DNA of 62,495 nucleotides, counting the filler, from Rhabdomonas costata (Eukaryota): the NCBI GenBank assembly GCA_019059605.1. It is 18 parts of 18 records of this genome, joined end to end, with 100 filler letters (N's around TTAATTAATTAA, not from the genome) between each part and the next. Parts side by side here need not be neighbours in the genome. Positions count along the whole stretch, not along the records: positions 10,408 to 13,785 come from JAHMHO010000931.1; positions 13,886 to 17,389 come from JAHMHO010000932.1; positions 17,490 to 20,859 come from JAHMHO010000933.1; positions 20,960 to 24,327 come from JAHMHO010000934.1; positions 24,428 to 27,792 come from JAHMHO010000935.1; 13 more parts are not named here. One strand, 5' to 3'. Positions 12,026-25,392 of this stretch are shown piece by piece (the stretch's first letter is position 1; every line of letters starts with the position of its first letter). The notes under the pieces were generated by a model. That model worked only from the letters and a program-made list of their open reading frames with translations. It searched no databases and had not been told where the DNA came from. A program made the position numbers and the translations under genes.

Positions 12026-13103
12026 TTGATGCAGCGCTTTTGCCCTCCAGAAGCAAAAGTTTACCTCGATGTTGTTGTCTGGGCTCGTTTTCGAGAGCTG
12101 TCGGGGATGCCACTGCTGGGAAAGCCCGCAGTCCACGTGGTGTGTTTCAGGCCAAGCGGCGAAACCACTTGGCCTGTTCCCCTTCCTGAGCCCGCAAAAG
12201 CTCCAGACGCCCCCAGAACCATGCGGTCCCTGTATGGAACCAGCCTTCGAGCATGCGTCCCACCACCAGCGCAAGACAAGCCGCAGGGTTTGCCCAATGT
12301 TTTGCAGAACTGCGGGTTGAACGCAGTTCTGCAAGCGATTGTGGTAAATAAGGAGCTGCTGAGTGCTTTCAGTTCCCAAGAGCAAACGGAGTCCCTAAAA
12401 GGGAAGATCGCATTTGTCCTACAGGACCTCGCCTTAAAGAAGAGCATCAACAACTACATTCTTCGAGAGCTCTACAACGGCTTGAAAGCTCTGGGTTCCG
12501 CGGAGGATAGGCGCGACTCAGAAAGTGACGCAAGGATGCTGTGGAACATCCTCTGCGATCAGTTCCAACCCGCTGCAGCTCGAGTTGTGGGACAGACCAC
12601 CGGCCAATGCCCCGTCTGCAAAAACGTCATTGAGGGGCCGAAAGAGACGCACTACGCTATCAACATCCAACTTCCCCGCGCAGAGATTGTGGGCTTTGGC
12701 TCTCTGATGGACAACTTGACCGCAGGTAACCACCCTGTTTTGTCCCAGCTGCGACAAAGATGTGCTACAAGGCCAGTCAGCCCCCCGAGAACAGAGCTGG
12801 AAATGCGACGTCTGCGCAATCTTCCTGCTAAACTACCCCTCAGCTCAGCAGCAAACAGCCCGAGTGAAGAAAAACCCTGAGCCACCCCAGAATCTCCACG
12901 TCCGGGTGCAGGTTCCCGCATCCTTCACCTTCGATGGCAAGTCCTTCGAGATGCGAGCGGCCATCGAGCACCGCCCCGGCCACTTCGTCACATGGGTGGC
13001 ATCCCCCAACGGATGGTGGTGCTGCGATGATCTCTTCGTGATGTCCGCCAAGGAGATACCCACCAGCGAGTTCGTGGCAGTTTTCGCATCCCAGGCCAAG
13101 TAA
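12026..13103 (+). pseudogene. Ubiquitin-specific protease (peptidase C19)-like domain with a +1 frameshift at about 12720-12740
   Basis: Cys box GLPNVLQNCGLNAVLQAI, QQDA-like box DSESDARMLWNILCDQF, zinc-ribbon CPVC...CPSC split across the frameshift, His box FEMRAAIEHRPGHFVTW...WWCCDD. Confidence 0.75.
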
Positions 13104-15567
13104 ATTACGCGGGATCCTGGAAGGAAAACCGAATCCACCCTTTCTCCAACCCTTCCCAGCAAACGTAGCTCTGTCTCTTCTCAGCATCCAGAAGCTTTTA
13201 TTCCGTTTTACGCGCATGGCAAAGGAGTATATTGTCAGCTTGTCACCACGGTTCTGTCCACTCCCTCCTACTCTCCCGCACACCCGCACACGAATAGAAG
13301 CTTTCCGCCCCAATCACTCCTTTTGTCATCCGTTTTGTGATCCCCTTTCCAACCTCCCAATCACAATCTTTGCCTGTCTTCGTCCTCTACAACCTGATGA
13401 TCCCTATTTCCCAGTGGCTGTTGCTGCGACTGGGACAATCCGATAACGTTGTTCAGTTTCTTCATCGCTGCTTCAGGATGGATTGAAAGGAGGATTCTTC
13501 GCATGAAACCTCAGCGCTGCACGAACTACTTTTCGAAATGCTGAAAACGCAATGTGAGATTGCAGTGCTCCCGAAAAAAAATCCCGAAAATCCGACATTG
13601 GATGGAACCAAAAAAAGCCATGTGACGGGAATCAGTCAACCTTTCTGGTACATGAACACAATGCAGGTAGCCGCTGGAAAAGAGCAGCTGCGCGACAATG
13701 GCCCGGGACCCGTGGGGCAGAAGGGAGGTTACCAGATGTGGAACGTTCGGTGGTGAGCCGTTTTCGGTTCCCCACGGCACCGTTCNNNNNNNNNNNNNNN
13801 NNNNNNNNNNNNNNNNNNNNNNNNNNNNNTTAATTAATTAANNNNNNNNNNNNNNNNNNNNNNNNNNNNNNNNNNNNNNNNNNNNGTTGTGGGGGGGATA
13901 ACCCCCTCTTCCCCAAGGTCAGGGTTTTGGTTTGAAAATTTTCGAACATTTACTTGATGCCCCTGCTGTATCGACGGTCATTGAAGAGGCAGTTCATGCT
14001 GAAGAGGTCAGGAATACCAGGTACGAAGAAGGTTATGCGAAGGGATACACAGATGGTGTCTTTGGTGTGGAAGCGCGTCTGTGCGAAGCTATTGCCGAGA
14101 AACTAGGTGAGCTACAGATTAGAGAGGGAGTCGAATGATGTGGTGTTGCGTGGGAAGTTGCATCCAAAATTGCTGAGCATTGACCCCTTGGGGAAGAGGG
14201 GGTTATCCCCCCTACATAATGAATAAATGACCCTCCCAGGAACTTTTTCAGAATCGAGCTTTGTCGTGCATTCGAGGCACTCGTTGGATTTATACTTTTC
14301 ATTTTGTGGGGAATTTTATTTTTTCTATGTAAGTGTATGAGATGTAGGATAACATTACATGGAAAAGCGGCGCTACAAAGGAGTGTTTTCTCGCTGGCAA
14401 CACCAATGCGATTCCATACATTTTGCTGTACATATCTCAATGTTCTGGGTTGCAGTTGGGAACCCGTCGATTGCTACGGAAACGACGAGCCACGACCAGG
14501 CATGGATGAAGCTCAACGATGACTACCACAAAGCAGGTTGCGCTGCATGACAACTATTCTGCTCTTTTCAGTATTTGAATTGTAGATCGTGGGAGAAGCA
14601 ACACATGCTACCTGTTTCCCACCTTCGGTAACTTACGCTTTCCCCAAGGTGACGATCTCGCCGCGTGGCTGATCAAACGGCGCATTCTGACTGAGTACAT
14701 CACGATGCTTCTGGTGCAGCGGGCTCAGGGTCAAGTCCCTTTGGTATATCGTGACGTCGACCATTAACATCCTTTTTGCTTTTGGTACGAGATACGACAT
14801 TTTTCTCACCGTCCTTATTGATTTTTTTACTGTCCTTCTGCTTTCGTTCCCTTCTCTTCTCTCCATCCCTTCGTCCTTCCAGTCAGAAACCTTCAGAAGG
14901 ACTCGTCTAAGTCTGCGCCAAAAACTCTCCTGTGCGTGCTTTTCACCTTTGCCCCATCCTGCTCCGCTGCTCCAATGCGCTTCTTTGATGTTTCGATCTC
15001 GCTGAGGTTTGCCCCATACAGTCGACAATTGTTGCCCATCTGTGCTCTGACGCAACTGTGGAATGATTCACCGACAATCCTTGTGAACGTAGCTGGCAGT
15101 CAGCCCTTTTCCACCTCTACAGCTCAAAAGCTCGGAGCCTCGCAGAGATGATGGCGGTGATAAGGATGGCTCTGATGCCTTTTCCGCGGTGAAGCTGAAG
15201 CGCATTCGGGATTTGTTGGAGGGTGCTCTTGCTGCGGATAAGTCCACGGCCCATCGTGGCGCCCTGCAGGATGTCCGCCTGGAGCAATCCTTGAACCAGC
15301 TGAAGCAGGCATGTGGAATCAAGTTATTCACTCCTTGACCACTCGAACCAATTCAAAAGATTCATGCTTTGCTGTGACATGGAAAATTGCTCAAGGAGGA
15401 CTGGTGTCTGTTACGTTACGTGAGCAAGAAGACAGAAGGACACCTGGGTGAAAATACAAACCGTTAAGCGCAGCAGCTTGCCGTACCTGTGGCCTTATAT
15501 GTTCTCGTTCACTTCATGGAAATCGCTGTGCAGGGCCCTTCGGCTCTTTTGGGTGTGTCATTGTCAG

Positions 15568-16846
15568 GTTCTGCGGCGGTTCGATTCCTACCTGCGTTCT
15601 GTGTTCCGCACCTACACGGGGTGCAAGATATCTATGCCCCTGCACAAGGCGCAGCTGGAGTTCTCTAAAGTATTCCCAGCGTTTGCCTCCCCCCACTACT
15701 CCAGCTCACTATTTTCTGCCGGTTTTTTTTTTCTAATCTCATGGCACTGGTTTCCCCTCCTCCATTCTGTGTACTTCTCACGGGAAGAACAGGAACCCTT
15801 TCATACCATTTCCAGACTTTCTGGGTGGTTCTGGTTGTCAAAGTTCCGTTGTATTGTCCCCTTCAAAGCTATCCTCACGCTCTAATGCCGCTTCGAGCAG
15901 GAGTCAAAGATGCAATAAGGCACCTTTAACGTATCGTACTTTCTTCCGCAATTCATTCGCTTCTGTACCGACTCGAAGTTGCTGTCCGGACAAGTCACGA
16001 AGCAAGCTCTGGTGAAGGTCTACTCCAGGAGCAAGCGAGCGCCGGAACAGGCTGGTACACCTCGTTGTCTGGCGTGTGCTGTTGGACACACCGTGGCTTT
16101 TATGAAAGATGCCGCTCACAGACTTTGCGCCAGTTCGAGTCTGCTCGGGAAGGTGCTCTCTTCCATGCACAAACAGAAAGAAGTGAAGCGCGCGCACACG
16201 CACACACACACCTGCACCTGCACACCCGCAGGTTCTTCAGAAGAGCCCGATGAAGCCGCGGAGGAAGAGCAGGGCAACCTTTTCCACTCTTCGCTTTCTC
16301 CCAGCGAGTGGGTGGAGTTCCTGATCCGCTTCAGTGTAAACAAGTACAACAATGTGAAGGTTCTCCTCCCACTGCTCTCATGCTTTTTTTCTTCTGTTCT
16401 TCTGCGGGACAAACAGGTGTGGGCTCAGATGGGCTTGTCATTTTGCAGGGGAAGAAACCCGCGTTCCAAGTGCACAACTGCGTGGAACAGCTGATCGAGA
16501 AGGACTTGATCCCGCATCTTGTGGGTTCCGACAACAGTGAGTTCAAGGCGATGGTTTGGTCAGAGACTATTCAGGTGTGGTTGCTGATTGGATTTCTTCA
16601 GGAAGGGGGGCGGGGCGGTGCGCAGGTCACCGCGTTGAATTGTTTTGTGTCACGTCGACCATATGAGGATTTCACAACGGAATGTGTGCTTTTCACAGGC
16701 TGTTATCAAGCTGTACCGGTCCATGATGAGCAAGCTGTTCAAGCCCTTTGCAAAGAAACACTCGGTGTGTTCTCTTTCCTTCCTGTGGGTGCCTTTCTCA
16801 AAAGGCAGGTTTTCATAGACTGTTCGCGTCTTTCGTGCAATTGGGA

Positions 16847-16886
<40 letters not shown>

Positions 16887-17281
16887 GGTTCAGATGTGCC
16901 CTCATTGAACCTCGACGGCTTCCACGCTGTCTGGAAGGAGTGTGGGCTCATGGATGGCGCTATTAGCACCCAGACCTACACGGAGATCTTCGAGACGCTT
17001 GCAAACCAAAAGGTGAAGTGAAGGCCAGGGCTGAAGCCACGTTCTCCTTCTTGATAATCAATCATTGATGAACATCATTTTCGGGGAAGGAGGGTGCTCT
17101 TGCACCTCTCGGCTTGGGTTTGCAGGGGTTGATGATCTACAGCGTCTTTGAGCACTCTTTGGTGGCCGTCGCGGCGTACCGCTACCCTTCTCCTTTCCAG
17201 CCGATGCATCACAGGCTGCGAATGTTCATGGAGAAGTGCATTGGGCCCGCCATCCAGCACAGCAAACTGTTGCGGAAGTGA
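15568..17281 (+). CDS. Multi-exon hypothetical protein with degenerate EF-hand-like repeats (3' part; further candidate exons from about 14456)
   Basis: AG/GT-bounded exons: VLRRFDSYLRSVFRTY; FLPQFIRFCTDSKLLSGQVTKQALVKVY; LSPSEWVEFLIRFS; VEQLIEKDLIPHL; AVIKLYRSMMSKLFKPFA; LNLDGFHAVWKECGLMDG; MIYSVFEHSLVAVAAYRYPSPF...LRK*. Confidence 0.6.
16849..16883. repeat. (GT)n intronic microsatellite. Similar CA/GT tracts occur near 34690-34722, 45822-45845, 51525 and 52223; (TCA)n near 35554-35587
   Basis: Direct inspection. Confidence 0.95.
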
Positions 17282-20200
17282 GGGTGGAAGGTGGGAAGGT
17301 GAGAGGAAGGGAGCAGCATCATTGTCCCCCTTCACCCCTCCAATCCTGGCCCGCAAATATCGTCTTGTCATGTGGCTGTTTCACGTTTTNNNNNNNNNNN
17401 NNNNNNNNNNNNNNNNNNNNNNNNNNNNNNNNNTTAATTAATTAANNNNNNNNNNNNNNNNNNNNNNNNNNNNNNNNNNNNNNNNNNNNTTCTTCTCTCT
17501 CCCTTTTTTTTTGACGGTTTTGCAGTCTGGCCCCGACGCTGTACGCAACCCAACTTGTTTGCAAAAAAGAAAACAGTTTTGTGCCTTTCATCCCGTTGCC
17601 TTATCCTGGACTTCAGGAAACGAAATTTTCAGCAGGAAACGAAGAATTCTTGAAGCTGGATGCCAAAAGCTAGATCGACAGCAACCCTCGCAAGCGTTTC
17701 GTCCCCCAGCGTCTGAAAATGCTCTGTGCTGCTGTCCTGATGCGGGTTGTGACTCGGGGACGCCCACGGGGGAGGGGGAGGGGCAAAACAGCAAGCTCAT
17801 GTTGTCCCTAAACTGCTGCACTGATTGCAATGCACCTGCCGCTTCCCAACAAACTTTTCGTCACCTTGCTTCAGGTGGGTAGGCCGGGAGTGATCGTGAC
17901 TGACCAGCAAATCCTGATCACAAAAGGTGTAACCCGAACAGCACGAGTTGCGCAAAAAAAAAAATATGAAAACGCGACAGAAGAAAACAAAACTCGGAGT
18001 GCCAGCCTCCCTCGGTTTGGTGAGCCCCCGTCCCCGTCAGGCCGCTGGATAGTGACCATTAGCTGTGGAAATGAGCACTTTTCAGCCAGGAGCACCCCAG
18101 GAGCTTATTTCACTTCCACTGCTAAGGCTTTCCGGGATCTTCCCACCACCACACCATCTGCACCATTCGCGTAAATGTTTGCTTTAAAAAGGGAAAGCAG
18201 TCAAGGAGACGTTCACAGAAAAAAAAGCCAACCGCAAACCAACACCAAAAACTGAAAAATACTCTGAGTTAACAAGTTCCTTTTTTTTGCAAGATGACAA
18301 GTTCTTCGCTGCTCAGATTCGTCAGTTTTTCCTCTGAAGACATCAACAAGCCGAGGCCACAACAAAACGCATTCGCCACGAAATGTAGGTTACTCAGCTT
18401 AAAAAAAACGAGAAAAAAGACCCCCTTCAGGAAAAGTCGACACCTCCGGGGTAACAAACGCGATGGCAGAACTATCCCGGCTTTCGGCCCGAAGCTGCGC
18501 AACACGGCACCCCGAAGCACGACGGGCAGACTCGTCGCCCTTGCGGTAACTCAAAGGGCGGCCCCCCTCGTGCTGCAGCAGAACCTCGTCGGGCTCAACA
18601 AAGCCCACACGCGGGAAGAGCTACGCAAAATGAGCAATGTACGGACCATGATACAATCAACGGAAACCAGCGAAGCAAAGTGTTCAAAGAGGTTGGAAGC
18701 GAAAAGCGCAAAAAAGGAGTCACACACACCTGCGATTCTTCTGAGCTGAGCGAAGCAAGCACGCTTTCTGCAGAATGAGCGTCTGAAGCTTCGCTGAGCG
18801 TTGCACTTGCGGCCGACAAACGGCGGCTCTGAAGCAAAAGGAAAAGCACTCAGAATAGCACACAATTGAAAGATGAGACCGCTCGGTGGCAAAAAAAAAA
18901 AAAAGAAAGAAAACGCAAAGCAAAACAGTCACACCATTCTAAGTTCAGCTCGCCGAGAGAACAAAAAAGCACAAAAAAAAAGGCACGGGAATGAAAATCT
19001 GCGTCAAACAAAAAGCTGACAATGAAAAATATGTCTATATATCTGTCTATATATATGTCTCCCACCCACGAACGAACGCACCCACAATGTCCAGTGTTCG
19101 CTGAACACAGAAACGTGGTCGATGAACGCGCAAGCGGTCGACAACAATTTAATGAAGGCCAGGCAAGGTAACAGGGGAAAATCAGTGAAACAAAAACGCG
19201 GTTCTTGACCTCCAAAAACCAAATCGCAAGACACTCGCACCCTGGCAACTGCCAAGCAAGCAAGCAAGCAAGCATTGCTTGATAATCCAGTGCTGAAGCC
19301 TCAGCGAAAAAGACCAGGAGGATAAAAAACAACCCAAAAAGTAAAAGAGAGGCAAAAAGGAGGGAGGGAGGCTCGCGCTGTACGGGCAACTTCCCCACCC
19401 TCTGCACCAAGGGTATTCTCGCCCTATAGCTCAGCACTGGCGACAACAAGAACAAAAAGCGATTCAGAGGGAGACGCCACCCTTTGATAGGTTCGCGAAA
19501 TTAAAAAAGATGTGGGAAAAAACAATTTTATGAGGCGCCAGTATTTATTTTCTGGGGGCGAAGGGCATCTCCCTGGGAGCGGTTCCTGGGTCAATTGCGA
19601 CGCAGTGGTGGCGATGCAGCTCTATATTCCCGTTTTGTGGTGGACACGAGCACTGTACCGAAAAAGGGGGATAGCAAAAGGCTGAGGCAGCCACGAACCA
19701 CTGCCACGCGAAGACTTTCCTGGTAAATTAAGGTTCCAAACGGCAACCAGCCGTTGCCGTTTCCATCGTTCATAAAGTTGGAAAGCGCGACTCAAAATGC
19801 CCACTGATAAGAGTTTCGACATCCGACAAAAATTCAGCCCAACCCTGGCGTCAAGCCTTTAGAACCGTGCAGACCTCAGTTGCTGCAATGTCATGCTGCT
19901 TTTGCTTAAAAAAAAAACGAGCTTTCCCGATGCTCCAGCAGGTCTGCTCTTCGCTGCCAAATATTATGGCAACAATGGCTCCGAGCTCGGCTTTGCACTA
20001 CAGCCACATCGATAACCCGAGGAGCAGGACTCCGAAAGTGCCCGTGGAAAGCCTCCAGTGGACCCTCAAGTCTCGTTGGCACGCATGCTAAATTGAACAC
20101 TCAGTCCAGGGCATCCCTCATGAGGTTTGCCGCGCGTACGTTTCGCAGGACCAGGGAATTGTTCGCGCGTTTTCCTGTGAGCCTAATGCCTGCGGGGGCC

Positions 20201-21407
20201 ACACCGCGCGCGTTTTTACTAGGACACCTTTTTTCTTTTATTCCCCCTTTCGTTTCCGTTTCCCCCCTGCTCCTCCGTCTTTTCCTTTCGCGCACAAACG
20301 CGTATACAAAATACACCCCCCAGAACCGGCACAAGAGTCAGTCAGCGTCACTAGAGCGGAGGTGGGAGAATCGCGAGAGGACGTGACGAAGTGAGAGTAG
20401 GGGGGTCAGTGTCGACGGTGGCAGAGCGCGTTCGGGAAGCGGTGGCGGGGGCTGCGAAGGACCTGGAGCGAAGAGAGAGACAGCGGGGCATCGGGCATGG
20501 ATTGGCGGCCATCAGGTGAGAGACACCTGAAACGCTTTGGGGACGGGCAAAACGTCAGGTTCACAATGAATTGTGAAATCTGTCGAGCCCTGTGACGCAA
20601 CAGCACGAACACAGAGGCAATAAAGCTCTCCATTTCCCGGCCACTCATTCTGAAGCGTCTTTGACCACACAAAACCCCTCAAATTTTTCTTGGGTTTCTG
20701 GTTTGGGTGACCCTTTCGCTGTTCAAAAATCACCACGGTGTAATCAAATATTGAATTATGACAACTCTGCCAAGGACGCCCAGGTACTGGGCTTCGTAAT
20801 TGGCGCTTCTGGCCGAAAGAGAAGCCAGAGAAGGGCAGTAACACTCATGCCCAACACCCNNNNNNNNNNNNNNNNNNNNNNNNNNNNNNNNNNNNNNNNN
20901 NNNTTAATTAATTAANNNNNNNNNNNNNNNNNNNNNNNNNNNNNNNNNNNNNNNNNNNNATGTACAAGTAGCTGTGAGCATCACAGCAAGGTAGAGAGGC
21001 ATCAGGTCACTTCGGATGGAGAGGAAAGTGGAGATACCTCAATCTAGACACAGTACGCAGCTCCACAACAAAAATGGTGTGAAGGGTCGGCACTTTCCTA
21101 GTTTAGCTGGAGTGAAGGGGGGCGGGGGGCAGAGTGGATCATGAATTCCTTACTGGTCCTTTCCTTTCCTTTCCTTTCCTTTCCTTACGGCCAAGGGAGA
21201 GGTGCGGCACTATGCTAAAACAGGGAAAGAGCACTTCCCGAACTACAATATAAAGAGCGTGAAGCCGGGCCAGCTGTGAGGCTCAACGCAAGGGTGGTAG
21301 AGCTCGTTTGATCCGATGATACCCTGACACTCACCTTCTAAATTGTCAGCGGCTTCACCATCAGTCGTGCAGACACACGTACTACTACCACCACCACCAC
21401 CAAACAT

Positions 21408-23580
21408 ACGCGTGATAGTCACCGAGGGCAAGAAGGTCGGTGCAGTTCCCAAGTGCGTTTGCGGGGGTGTCGCCCGCGGAGCAGTTGACGACGTCGTAGC
21501 TCACCCCATCTGCGCTGCGGAAGAACAGCAGCTGGTACGGGGTGGCAATCGAGTCCAGGCCCTGCCCGGTCACCGCCAGGCTCACCACGTCCCGGGGGAC
21601 GGCGGCGCCCGTGAGGTGAATGGTGGGCCGGGGAGGCAGCGTGGGGTCAACCGTTACGGCGTAGGCCGCGTGCAAGTCCTGGGTGACCTCGGACTCCCCA
21701 AGGGTGGAAGTAAGGTCGAAGCTCGCGTTGGCGGAGAGCAGCAGAGCCATCGAGTAGAACGCACTGCCCTGCAGCGCCGAGGCGCCGTAGTGAGTGTCCA
21801 AGAGGTCGTCAAAGTAGAGCGCAATCTGAACAAGGCACATCGCGGGAACATTCACAAAAGAAAGACGGAGAAGGCTAATTAGAAGCCAGGGAAGAGAAAC
21901 AGAAAAGGTGGGAACTGCATTGAGACGGAAGGTGTTGTGGTTGGAAGCTAACCAACCGGGAGCACCGAAACGACCACCAATGAGGACTTCCTGCTGTGTA
22001 GAATATGTGCAGGAAGGCTTCCCTTTTTGAGGAGGAGGCTTACTTTTTTTTTTTTAGAAAGCGCCCAGCCCCAACTAGCTTGGATCTACCGGTGTATCAA
22101 TGCACAAGCAACCAAGGAAGGATACCTGCCCAGGGCGATCTCAATCTCCTATTGCAAAAAATAGAAAGAATACCAGTGAACTCCAGAACACAAGCAAAAA
22201 GGCTTTCCTCAAGACTCAAGGCATTGCAAGGCAGCTTCACAAGGTTGGTCCATATCACCCGAGAAACAGAGCAGAAGGGTTTGCTCATATGTCACGGGAA
22301 AAGGAGTCTTGCCTTGATTGGGTCCGCGGGGAGCCCGGGGCTGAGATCCTCGTTGGCGTCAATCCACAGGGTGGTCACCGTGGTATTCCCGCCGGCGGCC
22401 TGAACCTGGGTCAGCACCGCGCGCTGCGGCACCTGCAGGGGGACAACCCTAAGCCACGCCGGGAACACCAGGGAGTACCGCACAAAGTATGCCATGTAGT
22501 CCCCGGTGTTCTCCGCGGTGATCGACAGCACGAACCGCCCCTGCAGCACAGAGAAACGGCACCAACTTCTGCGAGGGATCCAATTTCGGGTTGCCACCGC
22601 CATCTTGATCTTCACCAGAGCAGATTGATCTACCAGTTCAAACTGTACAAACAACCCGATTTCCAAAGGTACTGGGCTTGACTCCCGCTATGTCACTCTT
22701 CCCTTCCCTTTTATGTTCCGGCACCCCAGTCCCTTCGCATCGTTCACGACATGTCTTGTTTCTGTGCATAATTATCCCTTTTATTTTCTTCGTTCTCGGT
22801 CTCCATGTTGATTTTTTCAATCTTTGCCAGTCCCCTTGCCATTTTTTCTTGCGTTGATCAGTGCATAGTGCCTTTCTTCCAATCTCCACTGTCTTCGGTG
22901 CCATGCCGGACATTGGCTGAACACAGACACTTGCGTCTTGTGCACATGTGTACTGGACTTCCGTTAATGACTAATTTTGATGTCAGTATAATTTCGTATA
23001 AATCGTTACATCCGCATACTTCGAGGAAAATTTGGTAAACATTCCCAATTTCAAACTTCAACTTTCAAATTTCGAGAAAAAAATCGAGTCAGGGGGGCCA
23101 CGTCAGTGGAACAAATTAGGAAGCGGACAGCACTTAATGACATATGCGAGCCAGGCTTCAGCTCATCACATAGCAAATGCACTAAACACTGGTATGCAAT
23201 TTGCACAGTTCGCACAACTCGGCGAAGAATGAAAACACCCTTTATATTGGCAATCATACCAGGTAAACCACCTCCAACCCCTCCAACCCAATACCTTGTC
23301 TTCTGGACGCAGTTTCTGGTCGAACAGCTTCTGGCCTCCCAGGGACTCCGCCTGGCCCGCCAGGGTGACCTGCAGCCAGGCTCCCCTGGGGCGGAGCTGG
23401 ATCGAGGTCCCCAGGCAGCCCTGCTTTGGCAGCCCCCTCCAGTCCAGGAACCCCGCGCAGGTCGAGAAGTGCACCCTGGTCCACTCCGCGGGGATCGCGG
23501 GCACCTCGGCGTGCAGCACGAGGTGCAGCTCGGCTACATCCGGTCCGTTGACGGGGGCCATCGGAATGGGGAACACCGGG
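21408..23580 (-). CDS. Internal exons (about 23580-23294, 22541-22313, 21825-21408) of a large hypothetical, probably extracellular beta-rich protein
   Basis: Three strongly GC-rich open exons with splice signals. N-x-S/T sequons (NTT, NAS, NCS, NCT). No family recognised. Confidence 0.6.
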
Positions 23581-25216
23581 ACTGAAAAAAGGTTGAAAGA
23601 GCAGCTCTGGTGAGGCATCCGCCGTAGCAGCCCCTGGTCTGTCATTCTCAGTCGAGAGTGGAAGGGAAGGGAGGTGATGTCTTTCGCGCGTTGAATTGCG
23701 AGTCCCACATGGGACTCCTTGCCCATGCAGATGTACCCTGCCCAGGCTGACTTCACATTGTGGGTGAGCCGCATCTACCACCACAGGCGTCTGTCAAACG
23801 ATAGGCGCTTCTTCCACCCCCGGTGCCAGGCAGGTTATGGGCAAGATGTGATTCAAGACACATTACCCTTCTCAATTCAATAGAGCGCAAATTCTGTCAG
23901 GGCTCTGCCCCGACACTCCTCCTGCATATGCAGATCGCTTTTATATGTGCACCCTCTAACCCCATGCGAGATCCATACCCTCTCCTCGAGGACATGCTCA
24001 AACTCCCCACACACCTCCCAGTATCAAGGATCTGTGAGCCACGACATCATGGAAATTAAAAAAGCAGCTTGTCCCATGCTCAAGGCTGCCTGTCACACTA
24101 ACCTATCCTACAAACCCATCCATGGATCCGAACAAAAATTATTGCTGAGTCCGACCGTTGGCGTACATATGCGGCCTGCGAACAGCGGTCCGAAATTTGG
24201 AGTAAGAGCCTGAAGAGCCCCCCTTGCCATGCTCGGTCTCGCCAGAAGGGTTTATCAATTATTTAACATTATGGAAAAAACCGCCTTGGCCTATAAACTC
24301 CCGCAGACAACCACCCCCTCCCACGCANNNNNNNNNNNNNNNNNNNNNNNNNNNNNNNNNNNNNNNNNNNNTTAATTAATTAANNNNNNNNNNNNNNNNN
24401 NNNNNNNNNNNNNNNNNNNNNNNNNNNGTTGTTGTGGAACAGACTTCGCTCATGGGCGGCCAGTTTTGCGGTGACCAGAGCTGGCGTTTGAGCCGGAGCG
24501 TCTCACAGCTCGCGTAGACGTTTGCATCTACACACGCCTCCAAAATCATGTATTGCATTCTTCGATTTCGGCTGCAATGTTGCCCGCAAAGAGTGAGGTA
24601 GGGGTGTGGCAGCAACGACGTTGTGTGCGCGGCCGCACGCGCGTTGGGAGCGTGGACGCCCCCTCCCCTCCAAAAAAAAGATATCATCGTGCATCACCCC
24701 CGGTTTTGTGGCACGTCGAGCTTTCCTTTGCTCATCATCAAAAGGCGAAGGTCAGGCTTCCGGACTCTTACGAGCGCCTTTTTTTGTGGGGGGGGGGGGG
24801 TCGAAACTTTATAAGCTTTAAAAAGGGACATTTTCGGTGCAGTGGATCAGACTACCTAACCCCCTTACTTCCCGAAAGGGGAAATTTTCTTGTGTTTAGG
24901 AGTGTAACAGTTTTTAGTATTAAACGTGAAACTCCTCATGGCACGGCGGCGCCTCATCCGTCCGCTCCGGTGCTAAACTAATGCTGTCACAATCGGTACA
25001 CAAAGTCCAAAACAACCACAAAAAAATGTGGGGCCCTGCCAGTGCTACTACTCTATTTCGTCCTTCGTTTGGTTATATCATTTCGCCAATTCCAGAGAAG
25101 TTTGCTAAACCCACTCTGTCGCTTCTCTTCCCTTCTCCTGTTAAGCGCTTCGCTCCTCCGTAGGCTTCCACAGCATCGATCCCGCATCTCTCTCCGCGCT
25201 GTACTGCTCCCGCGTC

Positions 25217-25392
25217 ATGGGACGCCTCTGGTTCCTACTCCTGCTCCTCGGTCCCTTCGCACTCGCCGGCATCATCGTCGTCGCTGGGCCACCGTGGCGA
25301 AGGAATGCGGCGTCTTGGGCTGGCGGCTGCCATGCCAGGGCCTGGCCCCTTCGCACGGCAGTCCAGGCAGTACGCTTCGACGATCAATGCAG
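25217..25392 (+). CDS. Probable first exon of a secreted or membrane-anchored protein
   Basis: MGRLWFLLLLLGPFALAGIIVVAGPPW is a hydrophobic N-terminus; the GC-rich stretch ends at ag|gtgttt. Confidence 0.4.

Noticed and set aside
13932..14138. ORF with RYEEGYAKGYTDG resembling FliH/Yae1 GxxxG repeats
   Set aside because: It is short, lies at a contig edge and has no other flagellar or bacterial context. The motif is too low in complexity to assign.
17490..20859. Numerous short ORFs on this contig
   Set aside because: A-run-rich, low-complexity sequence with no recognisable domain or consistent exon chain.
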